Virus record (IMG/VR): IMGVR_UViG_3300033513_000029
Location: 1 to 38,221 of that record
Reading direction: 5' to 3' (one strand)
DNA from: a virus
Taxonomy: Duplodnaviria > Caudoviricetes
DNA length: 38,221 nt
Below are positions 8,917 through 18,305 of the stretch, piece after piece (position 1 is the stretch's first letter; each line of letters opens with the position of its first letter). The notes under the pieces are model-generated. The model did not search any database. It was not told the origin of the DNA and was given only the letters and a program-made list of their open reading frames with translations. The position numbers were made by a program, and so were the translations under genes.

Positions 8917-10085
8917 TTGCCCAACCCTTTCCTTCGTACCACCTCCTGCAAACGGCCCACCATATCCAATGCCTTGCGCTTTTCCTCATCCGGGAGGTCG
9001 TTGTAGATCTGACGAAGTGTCGCAAGGTCTTGCTGTGGGTCGCCTCCCGAGATATCGAAGCGGTAAAGCGGATCGTTCACCGTCCTTCTCAACTGATTGA
9101 ACTGGTTCATCGCGTTGTCCTTACGCGATTTTGTTTCCGCTTCTCTGCGTTGTGCCTCAAGAACATCAGGGGACAACTGCGCCGGGGGCGGGGCCTCTTG
9201 TCCTTCCTGTGCTTCCCCACCTGTCAGAGTCTCCCGAACATTGTTTGGCAGAAGGGTGTACTCGCCACCCTGTTCCACAAACGACAGTTCGCGTCCTTCT
9301 CCACCGGGAACTTGAACAACTTGTGGCATATCGCGAGACTTTTGTTTGTCCCGTTGGACTTGTGTTAGTTTTTCCATTTCGATTTGCGCTTGAACATCAG
9401 CCGCCCGTCCTGTGCGTTGGTTTGCCGCCAATCCTGCCCGCGTTTCCTCAATTTGTAATGGGAGCAATTGTTTGTTGCGCTCCATCTCAGCCGTCGTGGC
9501 GCGTGTTGCCGCGTTTCGTTGACCGATGCCCGCGCGCGTCTCTTCAATTTGCAGGGGAAGCAATTGTTCGTTTCTGGAAATATCGGATTCCGTGGCGCGG
9601 GTAGCGACGCGACGTTGATCGATATCCGCTCTGGCCCCCTCTTCCCGTAGCTTGCCCTCGCGGGTATATGGCGCCACGATGTCTGACACGTCCATTCCGT
9701 ACATGGAACCCAATGTCAGGGCGTTGCGCGCGACGCGTTCCTGATGCACCGGATCTTCCAAGGATGGAATGCGTTCGACGATCTTGGAAATGTTTTGGCG
9801 CCCCTTCTCGGTGTCCTCAATCATCTTGAGTTCCTTGTCGGCACGCTTCATTTCCAGGTTGCGTTGTTTGGACATTTGTTCAAATTCGCGACGTTTCATT
9901 TCGTCTTGCGTTTTTTGGCGCTGTTCCTGTTTTTGCTGGGAAACCATCTGGTCGTACATTCCCAGGGCTTGGGTTCCCGCATTGGCAAGACCGACTCCCA
10001 AGCCTTGTCCAGTCCCGGCATTGCCTAACATACCCAGGCCGAACTGCATCAGGGCGCGACGTTTGGGGTCTTCGAAGGGATTCAT
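8913..10085 (-). CDS. putative internal virion / ejection protein (coiled coil)
   Basis: Gly-rich N-terminus (LMQFGLGMLG), long Q/E/R helical body, located between pilot protein and giant protein. Confidence 0.65.
   Translation of the reverse strand: MNPFEDPKRRALMQFGLGMLGNAGTGQGLGVGLANAGTQALGMYDQMVSQQKQEQRQKTQDEMKRREFEQMSKQRNLEMKRADKELKMIEDTEKGRQNISKIVERIPSLEDPVHQERVARNALTLGSMYGMDVSDIVAPYTREGKLREEGARADIDQRRVATRATESDISRNEQLLPLQIEETRAGIGQRNAATRATTAEMERNKQLLPLQIEETRAGLAANQRTGRAADVQAQIEMEKLTQVQRDKQKSRDMPQVVQVPGGEGRELSFVEQGGEYTLLPNNVRETLTGGEAQEGQEAPPPAQLSPDVLEAQRREAETKSRKDNAMNQFNQLRRTVNDPLYRFDISGGDPQQDLATLRQIYNDLPDEEKRKALDMVGRLQEVVRRKGLGK
9432..9623 (-). repeat. two-copy 96-bp (32-aa) tandem duplication inside the ejection protein
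   Basis: ATRAT...RNxQLLPLQIEETRAG occurs twice; the DNA copies are offset by 96 bp. Confidence 0.85.
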
Positions 10086-10095
10086 GAGGGTCTCC

Positions 10096-11058
10096 TTATA
10101 GGAACGCCGCCGCCAGAGACATGCCGCCTAATGCGCCGGACCAGGGGTCTCCGGGGGTCTTTTGCGATGTGGTACCGGAGCCACGGGAATATGTTGTTCC
10201 GGAGGTCGAACCCCATTTCTGCTCAGATCCGGAACTGGTCATCTTGTCGGAACTGCCCATGTCCCCTGTCATCATATCCTTATACCATCCCATCATGTTC
10301 ATCGGGCCGTAAAGGTTGGCAAAATAGGCTTCCTTCTCGGCGTCCAATTCACGTTGGGATTGAGCTTGCAGAGTTTCACCCACACCCATCATCATCTGAC
10401 CGGGTTGGTACGCCATGGACGAAATGCCCGGTAGGGCCTGCAATGCCATCCCCCGTTGATTCTGGGCGTCCTGCATCGCTTGAAACATCATCTGGGTCTC
10501 GGCATTTCCCACCTGTTGAGCGACACGACCGGCGCCGATATCCAATTCCTGCCGATGTCCACCACCACCATAGCCGCCATATTGAAGGGCTTCGGAGGCA
10601 ATCGCCGGAAGGACATCTTCCTTGAAAGAACCCGTGATCTGGTTGCGCACCATGTTCATCATGGGGGACCACATTTCCATGTTGGGCTTGCCTTGCAACA
10701 TCTCCAATACGGTGCCCGTCGCCTGCGGTAGGAAACTCGCCTGTTGCCCCGCTGCTCCCATGATGCTTTGCATCCCCGCCATTTGGGGCGAGGTCATATT
10801 TGCTACTGTATCAAAACCGGGGTAAAACTCATCCGGCATATTCCGCATCATGTTTTGCGCGGAATTCAATAAATCACGTTGATAACCTTGCTGCCATGGC
10901 GTATGAACGGAGGTCTGGGTTGTGTTGTATTTTTGCCCGCCCGTGAGAGATCCCTTCTCCGACGCATACGAAGATTGCGATTGTTTTTGTTTGCTCTTGG
11001 AGCCGGAATTCGAACCAAGAACCGCGCCGATGGCCGCGCCCGCGCCTAATACGCCCAT
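10096..11058 (-). CDS. DNA pilot / ejection protein
   Basis: Gly/Ala hydrophobic N- and C-termini, Ser/Thr-rich linkers, Gln/Met-rich core; typical position after the tail tube gene in podoviruses. Confidence 0.7.
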   Translation of the reverse strand: MGVLGAGAAIGAVLGSNSGSKSKQKQSQSSYASEKGSLTGGQKYNTTQTSVHTPWQQGYQRDLLNSAQNMMRNMPDEFYPGFDTVANMTSPQMAGMQSIMGAAGQQASFLPQATGTVLEMLQGKPNMEMWSPMMNMVRNQITGSFKEDVLPAIASEALQYGGYGGGGHRQELDIGAGRVAQQVGNAETQMMFQAMQDAQNQRGMALQALPGISSMAYQPGQMMMGVGETLQAQSQRELDAEKEAYFANLYGPMNMMGWYKDMMTGDMGSSDKMTSSGSEQKWGSTSGTTYSRGSGTTSQKTPGDPWSGALGGMSLAAAFL

Positions 11059-11070
11059 GTGTTTATGCCT

Positions 11071-11307
11071 TTATACGATAAAGTTCCACGCATTATCTTT
11101 GTAGAAATACAAGCCTTTTCCAGAGCCAGGATTCCAATCTACTCCGTCCGCAAACCGCAAATCTCCCTCTTGGGGGTTATCCGGCGCGATGTTTTCCCGT
11201 TCGATATGCCCGTCCATTATCGCGTTTAATGTAATGGCGATTCGTTGGAATTCCAGCCATAACGCATGTGGATCGTTGGTAGGCGGGTAAGGTGTATATC
11301 TTTCCAT
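11071..11307 (-). CDS. small podovirus virion/tail-associated protein
   Basis: GDLRFADGVDWNPGSGKGLYFY motif; start overlaps the stop of the tail tube gene. Confidence 0.6.
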   Translation of the reverse strand: MERYTPYPPTNDPHALWLEFQRIAITLNAIMDGHIERENIAPDNPQEGDLRFADGVDWNPGSGKGLYFYKDNAWNFIV

Positions 11308-13025
11308 TAGTAACGTCCCACCACGTCAATATCAAACGTGAATCCCGATAGCTTCACTCCTTTAGGTATATCGCAGCGAATCGCCAAATCCCGTCCTACC
11401 ACTCTGGTGGGTTGTGTTTCGTTGGTGCCTAGTGTGAATTCCAGGGATGTGTCGTAGGAAATCGCCTGCGAGAGAAGCATTCGACTCCCAAGGTATACCT
11501 TGATTACCGCTCCAACCGGACCAATGGCATGGACCCATATGCGATTGATGCGCTTGACGTTCACCGGGTCATAGATGGGTCTTCCATGACTGTCCAGCCC
11601 CACGACGACACACCCCTCACGCTCGATGTAGGCCGGAAAGACAGTACCCGCGTAGGTATCCCCACTGTTGTACTTGAGCAACTGTCCTGTCGCGCCTACG
11701 GGCTTGCAGAGGAGGAGTCCGGTATTGATGGGGGAGTAGGCGCGATCTCCCCATGCTGTCGTCAGCAAATCGGACCATGGCGTGGATTCAAACTCCACCC
11801 AGGTTTTGAGGAGTTGCGTCGATCCACCACCGAACTGAATGCGTCCATATCCCGCGTTGACCGCCCCAATATCCCGCTCCGTCCAGGTATCGGTACGCCA
11901 GTTCCAGACAAACGCGCGATCACAAAAATACGGCGTATCCGTATTCATGGTGGGGATGAAGATAAGCACTTCCGTATTTCGCTGGTCTATTGTAAGAAAC
12001 GTATTCGATAGGTAGGTTGGATTGATGGCGTTGAATAACGCCTTTCGGTTTCTTCCATCGATAATCGAATTCACACCAGATCCGTTGGTGGTTACCACGT
12101 CTTCGGTGCTTGTAATAAATACATGTAATGGTAATGTTCCTTGCGGTTGGAACACCCCAAGGCATCCACGGGCGAACAATCCAATATCGGGAATTGCGGG
12201 CGTGATTTGGTGCACATACCTTGTGTTATTGGCGTATTGCATTCTCCAAATCGAATCTTCCTTGTAAATAAGGTGCATGTCGCCAATGGAAGCGGAATCA
12301 AGAACGAAACCTTCGGTACCGTCCAAATCGATATAGCGCGCCAATTTGTCCGTTCGCGTGTCATCCCATGTCGTCGGCTGGTTTCCCTCGATAACGGGAT
12401 GCGACCACCGGACTCTTCGCGGATACCTCACATCGTTTTCCGTCATATCCAGCGCCACGAGGAATTCTCGATAACGCCGTAAGTTTAAGCATGTTGCCGC
12501 AATGACGGTGCCCGACCGGGTGAATGCCGCCCATGTCGAACCGGAACTCGCGTCCCATTGCGCCGTTCGCAATTTGGATGTCAGGGAAGGGCTTGCCCAC
12601 ACCTGTGGATAATCCATCCCGTTGGTGAGATAGGGCAGTCCGCCGATATTGGCGTAGTTCCATCGTGTGGGTGCCGTGGCGGAATACAAGACAAACGATT
12701 CCGTCGCCGTGCTCCATCGCGTGACATTGGCGTCTGTCGTTCCATTGTGGGCGTAGATGGAATTGCCGTCGCCGTATAACCAGAAGTGTCCGTCAGTGGT
12801 GGGAACGGGACAAGCGAACCAGGGCGCGACCGCAAGTTGTTGTGTCGCTGTCGCCGCCGATACGGTGAGATTGAACACCTCCTCCGCGCCGTCCATGCGC
12901 TCAATGAAACCGTCGTGGAAATGCACATTCAGTGCATTCGACCATGCTTCTAGCGGAAGGGTTTGGGCAGGAAGGTCTTTTATGACCCCCATCGCTCCCG
13001 CATTTCCGAATGGTATAATTGCCAT
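11307..13025 (-). CDS. tail tubular protein B / P22 gp10-like head-closure (stabilisation) protein
   Basis: ~572 aa, beta-rich; start reassigned to MAIIPF at 13025; YPRRVRWS motif; synteny with ejection genes. Confidence 0.75.
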   Translation of the reverse strand: MAIIPFGNAGAMGVIKDLPAQTLPLEAWSNALNVHFHDGFIERMDGAEEVFNLTVSAATATQQLAVAPWFACPVPTTDGHFWLYGDGNSIYAHNGTTDANVTRWSTATESFVLYSATAPTRWNYANIGGLPYLTNGMDYPQVWASPSLTSKLRTAQWDASSGSTWAAFTRSGTVIAATCLNLRRYREFLVALDMTENDVRYPRRVRWSHPVIEGNQPTTWDDTRTDKLARYIDLDGTEGFVLDSASIGDMHLIYKEDSIWRMQYANNTRYVHQITPAIPDIGLFARGCLGVFQPQGTLPLHVFITSTEDVVTTNGSGVNSIIDGRNRKALFNAINPTYLSNTFLTIDQRNTEVLIFIPTMNTDTPYFCDRAFVWNWRTDTWTERDIGAVNAGYGRIQFGGGSTQLLKTWVEFESTPWSDLLTTAWGDRAYSPINTGLLLCKPVGATGQLLKYNSGDTYAGTVFPAYIEREGCVVVGLDSHGRPIYDPVNVKRINRIWVHAIGPVGAVIKVYLGSRMLLSQAISYDTSLEFTLGTNETQPTRVVGRDLAIRCDIPKGVKLSGFTFDIDVVGRY

Positions 13026-13026
13026 G

Positions 13027-13938
13027 TTAGTATTTGATACATGGCAAGAGAGCGACGTTGACGGGGCGCACTTCGTCCGCGACACGAATAGACGACGACG
13101 GTTCTACGTTGAAGCGAACGTAATTATAGTTGGTTGCATAGGGAAAGCTATTTGCAAGAGCCGGTGAAGTGACGATTGAGGAACTGATTGCATCCCCTAT
13201 AATACCGCCGGTATTGTAGGCGTAGGAATGCCAGACATACCAGAAGTCCTGCTGCGCGTCCGCTTGATCTGACGCGAACGTGCGGCCAGTATCCACACCT
13301 CGGCTATGGTCCCAACCACGAACAAACTTACCCCGAAGGTCTGGCAATTGAAATGTCGTCGTTCCGTCTCCCACACCAAAGGAGGTCCCGATGGCCTCAA
13401 ATAACGTCGAATAGGTTTCACGATTAACCGCTGCGCCATTACACTCCAGCCAACCCGTCGGGGGCGTGGAACGGGCAAAGTGCATCACGGCACCAGCGGG
13501 CACAACGCCAGGACCCCCCAGCTCCGAAACGTAAATATACGCGAATGACGAAGATGCCTGTGATTGAATACCACCGTTGGCGGTGACCACACCATTCACG
13601 GTCGTACTTTGTAATGTGGTCGTTCCTTGAACCGCCAGCTCTTTGGTAACCGTCACACCGGTTTTGAAGATTGCCGTGGCGGAAACTGTCAACGAGGACA
13701 TGATCTCCAAATTCCCTTTGATCATGACCGTTCCTGAAATCGTCCCCCCGCAATGCGCCAGATTCAACTCTTGCGCATTCGACGATACCGTGGCGGATAT
13801 TGCCGGAAAGGTGTAAACCAGCGACTTTTTGAGGTTTTGAAAGTGTTGTGGCGCCTGCCCGGCCATGTCGGAAATACCGGGATTCGCAATATTTAGATTT
13901 GCGATTGTGTGGCCCGCAGTGATGTCTTCAAGCGCCAT
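13027..13938 (-). CDS. tail fibre protein with phage tail-collar domain
   Basis: VPAGAVMHFA..PPTGWLECNGAAVNRETYSTLFEAIG...TTFQLPDLRGKFVRGWD and C-terminal EVRPVNVALLPCIKY. Confidence 0.9.
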   Translation of the reverse strand: MALEDITAGHTIANLNIANPGISDMAGQAPQHFQNLKKSLVYTFPAISATVSSNAQELNLAHCGGTISGTVMIKGNLEIMSSLTVSATAIFKTGVTVTKELAVQGTTTLQSTTVNGVVTANGGIQSQASSSFAYIYVSELGGPGVVPAGAVMHFARSTPPTGWLECNGAAVNRETYSTLFEAIGTSFGVGDGTTTFQLPDLRGKFVRGWDHSRGVDTGRTFASDQADAQQDFWYVWHSYAYNTGGIIGDAISSSIVTSPALANSFPYATNYNYVRFNVEPSSSIRVADEVRPVNVALLPCIKY

Positions 13939-14278
13939 CGCGTTTCTCCATTAAATACCCTATTCGTTTATATCCATATCGCCGTTCCCACGCTTTTGGG
14001 CTTCTCCGCGTAAGAAAAAGGATGCGTGAGCATCCCGTTTCTTTGGCCTTGTCCATTACCCACTTATCCCAATATCGTCCATCACCGTAACAATTCGCTA
14101 TCCAAAACTCCCCTTGATAAATGTACCATGTCAAAAATCCGTGTTCGTTTACTACCACATTTTGCGTTGTTAAAATCTGGCTATCACCAGACCGCTTGAG
14201 ATAGTCCTTTATCCATCCGACAAACTTACCGCCGTTAATAGCCATTCCGCACCCATTGTTGTTGTGGTTACGCGGCAT
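13928..14278 (-). CDS. GNAT-fold-like small protein (true start possibly 14245)
   Basis: AKETGCSRILFLTRR..KAWERRYGYK resembles the GNAT-like proteins found in podovirus tail modules. Confidence 0.5.
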   Translation of the reverse strand: MPRNHNNNGCGMAINGGKFVGWIKDYLKRSGDSQILTTQNVVVNEHGFLTWYIYQGEFWIANCYGDGRYWDKWVMDKAKETGCSRILFLTRRSPKAWERRYGYKRIGYLMEKRDGA

Positions 14279-14439
14279 TGCGCGGATCCCTGCTCATCCT
14301 CCACTGTCACCGTAAAATCGGGAAGGTTACGCGGCGGTCCCCACGTATTACGTAAAAGGGCCTTTTCCGCCGCTTCTTCCCGTGTATCGGCAAATACCAC
14401 TTCCGTCCAGTTATCAGAGCGAACGTGCCGCTTGATCAT
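14209..14439 (-). CDS. hypothetical protein
   Basis: ATGA-coupled to the upstream gene; VxADTREEAAEKA motif common in small phage proteins. Confidence 0.5.
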   Translation of the reverse strand: MIKRHVRSDNWTEVVFADTREEAAEKALLRNTWGPPRNLPDFTVTVEDEQGSAQCRVTTTTMGAEWLLTAVSLSDG

Positions 14440-14864
14440 ACGTTGTCGGAGGTTTCAAATACGCCCGCGCTGTCCCATTGGACGTTGATTTGCGACGCCA
14501 CCACTTCAGCCGTGGACAGTTCCCAGTAAGCCAGCGGAATGGCGCCACCGGACGCAAACAGTACGCCATAACGGGCGCAAATGTTTTCACCCGTGGAAGC
14601 GGTAACGGCGATGTCGTCCAGATCGAATTTGATAACCCCGTCCGTCACCTTTGCCACCGTCCCGACATTCGCGATCTGACGGTCGGCTTGTCCTGCCGAT
14701 GCCTTGAGATGAAAATAGGTAGTTACCGATACTACCGTGGACGTGTCAATACTGGGGGTCCACCCTCCCGACAGGAGAGCTACCCGGTAGGTATCCGACA
14801 GCTTGAGGTCTCCCGAGAGAAGCCCTATCTTCGCCTTATCAAACACTACAACAGTCTTACCCAT
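14436..14864 (-). CDS. small virion fibre/structural subunit (paralogue B)
   Basis: LLSGDLKLSDTYRVALLSGGWTP; strong AAGGAGG SD; paralogous to the upstream 132-aa protein. Confidence 0.7.
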   Translation of the reverse strand: MGKTVVVFDKAKIGLLSGDLKLSDTYRVALLSGGWTPSIDTSTVVSVTTYFHLKASAGQADRQIANVGTVAKVTDGVIKFDLDDIAVTASTGENICARYGVLFASGGAIPLAYWELSTAEVVASQINVQWDSAGVFETSDNV

Positions 14865-14879
14865 TTGTCCGCCCTCCTT

Positions 14880-15278
14880 TTAGGGCCATTGGATTTGAAC
14901 AATCTTGGCGGTCGATTCTACCGCACTTAATGAGAAAACTGCCACTGGGGTATCGACGCCAGATTGTACCAGAATAGCGTACTTGGCACACAATACGCTA
15001 CCCGTACTCGCGGTAAACGCTACATCCGGCAGATCCCAAATTACCGTTCCCACCGGACTTCGGGTTACCTCCCCCTGCCCAACCTGCTTTATTGCCGGTC
15101 CTCCCGAAGCGTTCCGGCATACGTATCCGGAAAACGAATTCGACCAACTCGTTTCATCGAGATTTAACGTATACGCCGAAGATAGCAATGCACACTGGAA
15201 TGTTTTGCTGAGATTCACCCCCCCAGCAAAAAGCTCCCGCAATCCACTGTTGAAAAACTGTAGCGTTGATTCAGGCAT
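14880..15278 (-). CDS. small virion fibre/structural subunit (paralogue A)
   Basis: LFAGGVNLSKTFQCALLS...DLPDVAFTASTG..CAKYA matches DLDDIAVTASTG..CARYG of paralogue B. Confidence 0.7.
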   Translation of the reverse strand: MPESTLQFFNSGLRELFAGGVNLSKTFQCALLSSAYTLNLDETSWSNSFSGYVCRNASGGPAIKQVGQGEVTRSPVGTVIWDLPDVAFTASTGSVLCAKYAILVQSGVDTPVAVFSLSAVESTAKIVQIQWP

Positions 15279-18200
15279 TTAATTGCTCCTATCTGGCGTT
15301 ATTGGCGTCCAGTCTTCCACTTGTTCCGCGTCGGGTTTTACCGGCACCCAGAATCCCCCCACTGAATTGATTTCGTTTGAGATAAAATGGAACATCCCTT
15401 TTGCGGTATCCGTATTAATCCATCTACCACCCGCCGCCGCTTTACCGGCGAATATGAATTTTCCCGCATTCGGGGCGGTATTGTATTTTTGTTTCTGATC
15501 GACAGGTTCATAACCTTTCCACTGCCACTGTCCCACCACCGCGTGTGATATCGCTCCACTATAGGAAACAACGGTGCCACCCAAGAATGACAGTTTCCCC
15601 GCAATAACCGGGGCATTGATTCCAGGAATATTCGCTTCCGGCAACAAACCAACAAATGACCATTTACCACTTGAAAGTAGCTTTGTTGCTGTATCTTGGT
15701 TCGCTTCCGGCGCCGTTCCTTTGATACGAACTATTCCGCGAATCGGAAACGATACATTTCCCGTCTTTGTCGCCACTGCCTCGTAGGTTTTGAATTGCCA
15801 TTTCGCCACTGGTGGCGTGAACGTAAATTGCACATAAGGAGTTCGCGGCTCCCAACCGATCCATATCCATTTACCCGCTGTGGGGGCGTTTGTTTTTTTT
15901 TGCTCCCCTCCGCCCTCCGTGGGCAGGAATGTGATTACTCCTTCGCTTGGACGAAAAATTTTCGTCGCGTCCGCAACCACTTCGTTCCCTTTAAAAAACA
16001 TTTTCCCAATAACGGTCGTTTCGTATTTTACGACGCCGTATATTTCGGGCGCATAACCCACATATAGGAACTGACCTGCTACTGTCGTTTTGGTCGTTGT
16101 TCGAATAACTACATGTTCCGCCACCCCGCCTTTAAATACCCACTTCCCGGAAATGTTGTTGTGCCCGTAGGTGGAAATATCGTTTGCCGCGCCACCTTTG
16201 AAAACGAGTTTTCCTACTAATGCTGAGTCGTCATAGCCGGTAACTTGGTCCGCACCAATGTCCCATGTTACACCGCGACGCGCTTGTTCCAGATCGTAAT
16301 CGAAGGGATATACCGTACTTTCGGCAAGATTAACCCCGAATCCTTTGGCGCCTGCGTCAGTTTTAAGTAACCGATAATCATATAAAGCCGTGTTAACAAA
16401 CATAAATGTTTGGTTTCGACGGCTATTCGCTTGTGCGGTAAATTCGCCCACACGCGAAGAATTGTAATTGGAATTTGTGGTATACGGTCCTGGTGGTGTG
16501 GCAACATTAACCTTGAAAATATTATTGATCATGCTAACGGTGCCAGCGAGACCATTTCCGATTGCACCCGCACTCGCATCAAATGTATTGTTGTACATCA
16601 CTATCGACGAAGCGGTGCAAGAAGCGGTATATACAGCATACACTGGCGCACGAAACACGACCGTATTTGCGACCTTGACGGCATTTGGGGTCACAAAATC
16701 CGTCAGATAAAGACCACCGTAAGTCGATCCGGTACCTGCCCACAACAAACAGTTTTCAATAACCGCCGTGGGTTCCTGTAAAGTACCGTTTCGGAAGATA
16801 ATGCAGCACTTATCCCAAGTGGACGTGGTTTTGATCTGAAGGTTCTTCAGAATGGCATGGTGTATTCCGGTAATGGCGAAAAAGGGTTCTGACGTAGTAC
16901 CCGCCTCCAGGCGGTAAATGCTGGTATTCCATTTACCTCCATGGTTTTGCACGCACTCAAAAGTGACCGTGTGTGTGGCGTCCGTAGTCCATAGGCTGGA
17001 AGCGACAAAGACGGTCGTGTCCGGGGTACCATCAGACGAACGAATGTAGACGTGTAGACTTTCATCAGCGGTGACCAAGTTCTTGGCGTACCCATTGACA
17101 GCATTCAGGGTCGTGTAGGCATTGGTATAATCATCGCCCGACCCGGTACCCGTTGCTGCTGGGTCTACATATTTGTACGTAATTCTGACCGTCGTTTCCG
17201 CAACTGTCCCACCACGAAACCACCACTTTCCCACCAAAGGGAGTTCGGTCGTTATTCGTGGACCCACGTCTTCCACGGGCTCGTATCCCTTGAAAATGAG
17301 CTTGCCCGCTATAGCGGAATCGTCAAATCCCGTAATTTGGTCTGCGCCAATATCCCACGTCGTCCCTCGTCGCCCGCCCTCGGCATCTACCGCAAACGGG
17401 TAGTCGGCATCCGCCGTCAAGGACACACCAAATCCTTTAGCGCCCGCATCCGTCTTGAGTAGACGATAATCCAATCCCGCCTCATTTCGATACGAGAAGG
17501 TCTGTAGAGCACGCGAATGGGCTTGTGCTGTAAACTCCGACCGTGTTGAAGCGTTGTAGTCTGACGCCGCCGCAAAATGGGTTGCTGTAACAACGGCCCC
17601 ACCATCGAAAATATTATTTTTGGCTATTATTGAACCAGTAATAACCGGTCCATTAATCGTTATGATGGATGCGTTTACTAATGTATTGTTGTATAGAACA
17701 ACACTTGATGCAGTGGCTGTAGATAAACGAATGCTTTCCCCATTATTTCCGGAATCGAATACGTTATTTGCCAAAATAACCGATTTTGGTAGTGTGATAA
17801 TGCCAATAAATGCCGCCCTTGCGCTTACTCCTGCCGTTTCGGCAAGCGAACAAATACAACCATCCATTACCAGTCTGGTTGTACCGGCGACCGACTTACT
17901 AAAGGCACGCCCGGCTCCTGTTCCGGTATATTTTAATTGTATGTTTTTAAGCTCGATATGCCCAACCGCACCACCGTCAAACGCGGCGGAATAGGTGGTA
18001 CCTGTCCCATCCGATTCCAATCGGTAAGCTGACGTATTGTAAGAGGAAAGTTTGGTTTCACCCTCAATAAGGATGTATCGTGTTGCGTCCGTGACCCACG
18101 CCGCCGCCGCCGAGAATGCCGTGGTATCTGCGGTGGACCCTCGAACATGGACATACAAAAGTTCGTCGGCAGTAACAAGATTCTTCGCGTATCCATTGAG

Positions 18201-18293
18201 TTGGGACATGCCTGTATAGGCATCCGCCCAACTATTACCTGTTGCCGCGCCTGCGGCATCGGTATCGATATACTTATGAACTGTTGTCGCCAT
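15279..18293 (-). CDS. large fibre/spike protein with two duplicated beta-helix-like domains and ~15 GKxxFxG repeats
   Basis: Internal duplication (YRLLKTDAGAKGFGV and WDIGADQ both occur twice); LYNNT/NNIF beta-helix signatures; C-terminal periodic motif. Confidence 0.75.
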   Translation of the reverse strand: MATTVHKYIDTDAAGAATGNSWADAYTGMSQLNGYAKNLVTADELLYVHVRGSTADTTAFSAAAAWVTDATRYILIEGETKLSSYNTSAYRLESDGTGTTYSAAFDGGAVGHIELKNIQLKYTGTGAGRAFSKSVAGTTRLVMDGCICSLAETAGVSARAAFIGIITLPKSVILANNVFDSGNNGESIRLSTATASSVVLYNNTLVNASIITINGPVITGSIIAKNNIFDGGAVVTATHFAAASDYNASTRSEFTAQAHSRALQTFSYRNEAGLDYRLLKTDAGAKGFGVSLTADADYPFAVDAEGGRRGTTWDIGADQITGFDDSAIAGKLIFKGYEPVEDVGPRITTELPLVGKWWFRGGTVAETTVRITYKYVDPAATGTGSGDDYTNAYTTLNAVNGYAKNLVTADESLHVYIRSSDGTPDTTVFVASSLWTTDATHTVTFECVQNHGGKWNTSIYRLEAGTTSEPFFAITGIHHAILKNLQIKTTSTWDKCCIIFRNGTLQEPTAVIENCLLWAGTGSTYGGLYLTDFVTPNAVKVANTVVFRAPVYAVYTASCTASSIVMYNNTFDASAGAIGNGLAGTVSMINNIFKVNVATPPGPYTTNSNYNSSRVGEFTAQANSRRNQTFMFVNTALYDYRLLKTDAGAKGFGVNLAESTVYPFDYDLEQARRGVTWDIGADQVTGYDDSALVGKLVFKGGAANDISTYGHNNISGKWVFKGGVAEHVVIRTTTKTTVAGQFLYVGYAPEIYGVVKYETTVIGKMFFKGNEVVADATKIFRPSEGVITFLPTEGGGEQKKTNAPTAGKWIWIGWEPRTPYVQFTFTPPVAKWQFKTYEAVATKTGNVSFPIRGIVRIKGTAPEANQDTATKLLSSGKWSFVGLLPEANIPGINAPVIAGKLSFLGGTVVSYSGAISHAVVGQWQWKGYEPVDQKQKYNTAPNAGKFIFAGKAAAGGRWINTDTAKGMFHFISNEINSVGGFWVPVKPDAEQVEDWTPITPDRSN

Positions 18294-18305
18294 AGCGTGG
18301 ACTCG

